Below are positions 62,281 to 64,000 of a DNA stretch of 64,000 bases, piece by piece (position 1 is the stretch's first letter; the number at the start of each line of letters is the position of its first letter). Where the stretch lies: contig OZ024742.1 in NCBI GenBank assembly GCA_964016885.1, positions 119,102,001 to 119,166,000 on the forward strand, written 5' to 3'. The stretch is from Eledone cirrhosa (taxonomy: Eukaryota). The translations under genes and the position numbers were made by a program. The notes beneath the pieces are model-generated. The model saw only the letters and a program-made list of their open reading frames with translations, searched no databases and had not been told where the DNA came from.

Positions 62281-63165
62281 CGGCAGTGCCTAAGGACGTG
62301 GTGGGTTTATGCCTGGCAAGCGTTCTCCCTATAAAAAGCCACAGATGTCCGCAACAGCACTGTGACGTGGCGAGCATGACCCGCCACTAAATAGGGTCAC
62401 TGCCCCCATCCTGTCTCACCCGAGGCATTGTATTCCAGAAGAGGCGGAAGAACCATTTGGTCAACGGCTCGAATGGAACTTCGTGAGCATTGGGACCCCG
62501 GTTTGGTTAACGACCAAGCAAAGGCGTATGAACTGGTCTACTGGTCATCGTCTCCCAAATGGGTGCGACTCCCTGATCTCGCTCCGCTGCCTTGTGGACA
62601 GACTTTTTAGTCAAAGGCTCCGGGTGGAGTCCCCAAAGTAAACCCCCTACTTCAGCCTAGGCAACCGGGTAGTATTACGCCTTCTGGAGAGGGAAACTCC
62701 GACATCAAACCTACGGCCCGAGGACCTCGCTGTCACCGTCCCAGCTCGCTAGGCCATGGCAGATGAACCTCGTGCTTAAAAGGTGGGGCCAGTTTGCGCG
62801 CACTGCACTTCACCTTAAAACTCCTCAGCGCAGGCCGAAGGACACGTCCACGTTCTATGACCAACCATTCCCAAAGCCCTGCAGTGATGGGAAAGGGGCG
62901 AAAGCGGCAGGTGGGAGATGTCACTGGAAGCCGTTGTCTCGATCCTACATGTAGGCGGCTCAGGACTTTGGTCGCTTGGTTGTCGATCCGGTAGCGACGA
63001 CACCACTCGCCAGCATCCTGAGCGACCAGGCAGCTCTATTTAGGGTGAGCACTGCCTGCTCCACATGGAGAGAGGCGGTAGAAAAGGTTCGCCTAAACAA
63101 AGCTGTCTCCTCTATACCCAGTTGGCTATCCGCGGTCAACGTGCATCTTCAGCGGTCGAACAAAT

Positions 63166-64000
63166 ATGGAAACAAAACTAAAGAAAAGTAAGCAGGACTT
63201 GTGGAATGTCAGGACTATCCTTGACAAGGCTGAGAGCAGCCGCCCGGAACGTCGTTCGGCTCTCATATCCCATGAACTCTCCCGCCTCAACATCGACATA
63301 GCAGCTCTCAGCGAGGTCCGCTTCGCTGACGAGGGCAGCCTCAAAGAACGCGGCGCTGGCTACACCCTTTTCTGGTCCGGGAAACCATCATCTGGAAGAC
63401 GCCTGTCGGGTGTAGGACTCATGGTGAGGAATTCCATCGCCTCCAATCTGGAAACGTTACCCACGAGCCACTCGTACCGCATCATATCCATGCGCCTACC
63501 ACTGGAGAGCAAACAACATCTCACGCTCTTCAGTGTCTATGTTCCAACGCTACTGGCAGATCCTGCGGACAAAGACAGTTTCTATTCTGATCTGCGCAGA
63601 CTCTTGAACAACACCCCTGCAGACGACAAGGTCCTGATCCTTGACGACTTCAACGCAATAGTTGTGAGGGACTCTGAGGCCTGGAAAGGAGTTCTTGGAA
63701 GACACGGCGTTCGTGGCTGTAACGACAACGGGCGCCTCCTGCTCGAGTTCTGCACAGAGCACCAACTTGCCATTACCAACACAATCTTCCAACAGAAAGA
63801 CCGCCTGAAAACAACTTGGATGCCTCCTCGGTCCAAACATTGGAATCTACTTGACTATGTGCTTGTGCGCCAACGGGACCTGAAAGATGTTCTACACACG
63901 AGAGTGATGCCCAGTGCAGAGTGCCACACTGACCATCGCCTCGTCCGCTGCAAGCTCAAACTGCAGTTCAAACCCAAACCCAAGAAGAAAGGTAACCCCG
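63166..64000 (+). CDS. Apurinic-like endonuclease domain of RTE ORF (partial, no stop in window)
   Basis: METKLKKSKQDLWNVRT, RPERRSAL, IDIAALSEVR, YTLFWSG, SVYVPT, LDDFNA, NDNGRLLL, LLDYVLV, AECHTDHRLV. Confidence 0.88.
   Translation, partial: METKLKKSKQDLWNVRTILDKAESSRPERRSALISHELSRLNIDIAALSEVRFADEGSLKERGAGYTLFWSGKPSSGRRLSGVGLMVRNSIASNLETLPTSHSYRIISMRLPLESKQHLTLFSVYVPTLLADPADKDSFYSDLRRLLNNTPADDKVLILDDFNAIVVRDSEAWKGVLGRHGVRGCNDNGRLLLEFCTEHQLAITNTIFQQKDRLKTTWMPPRSKHWNLLDYVLVRQRDLKDVLHTRVMPSAECHTDHRLVRCKLKLQFKPKPKKKGNP

Larger units (their letters stand above)
62201..64000 (+). mobile_element. RTE-clade (BovB-like) LINE, 5' end; runs off the window
   Basis: HDV-like ribozyme, ~1 kb GC-richer 5'UTR with a GGCAACC...GGAGAGGGAAACTC motif, then the APE ORF. 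Confidence 0.88.

Overview
AT-rich, microsatellite-rich animal genomic DNA. The SINE bodies resemble octopus SINEs, so a cephalopod origin is inferred. The window is almost all transposable elements. Its centrepiece is a ~22 kb pile-up (19.0-41.3 kb) of six non-LTR retrotransposons, all inside one expanded (TAA/TTA)n microsatellite: four R4/Dong-type RT+RLE elements on the minus strand and two near-full-length Tx1/L1-type elements on the plus strand. The two Tx1 copies share a near-identical ORF2 but have very different 5'UTR/ORF1 modules. Both carry a GTAAGT...CAG candidate mini-intron whose removal would delete the ORF1 stop and fuse ORF1 in frame to ORF2. A third, diverged Tx1 sits in a (TCTG/TCTA)n tract instead. 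Also present: Penelope-like elements (Neptune-, Naiad- and Poseidon-like) with several hammerhead ribozyme motifs, two with 5' inversions; a complete HDV-like ribozyme at the 5' end of an RTE LINE; two Helitrons; CR1-, RTE- and CRE-like fragments; and SINEs. An unclassified ~0.7 kb fold-back repeat with two convergent tRNA-like Pol III units occurs twice. There is also a composite minisatellite and one probable exon of an UNC-93-like membrane protein gene with a decayed neighbouring exon. All calls come from manual motif reading; no database search was run.
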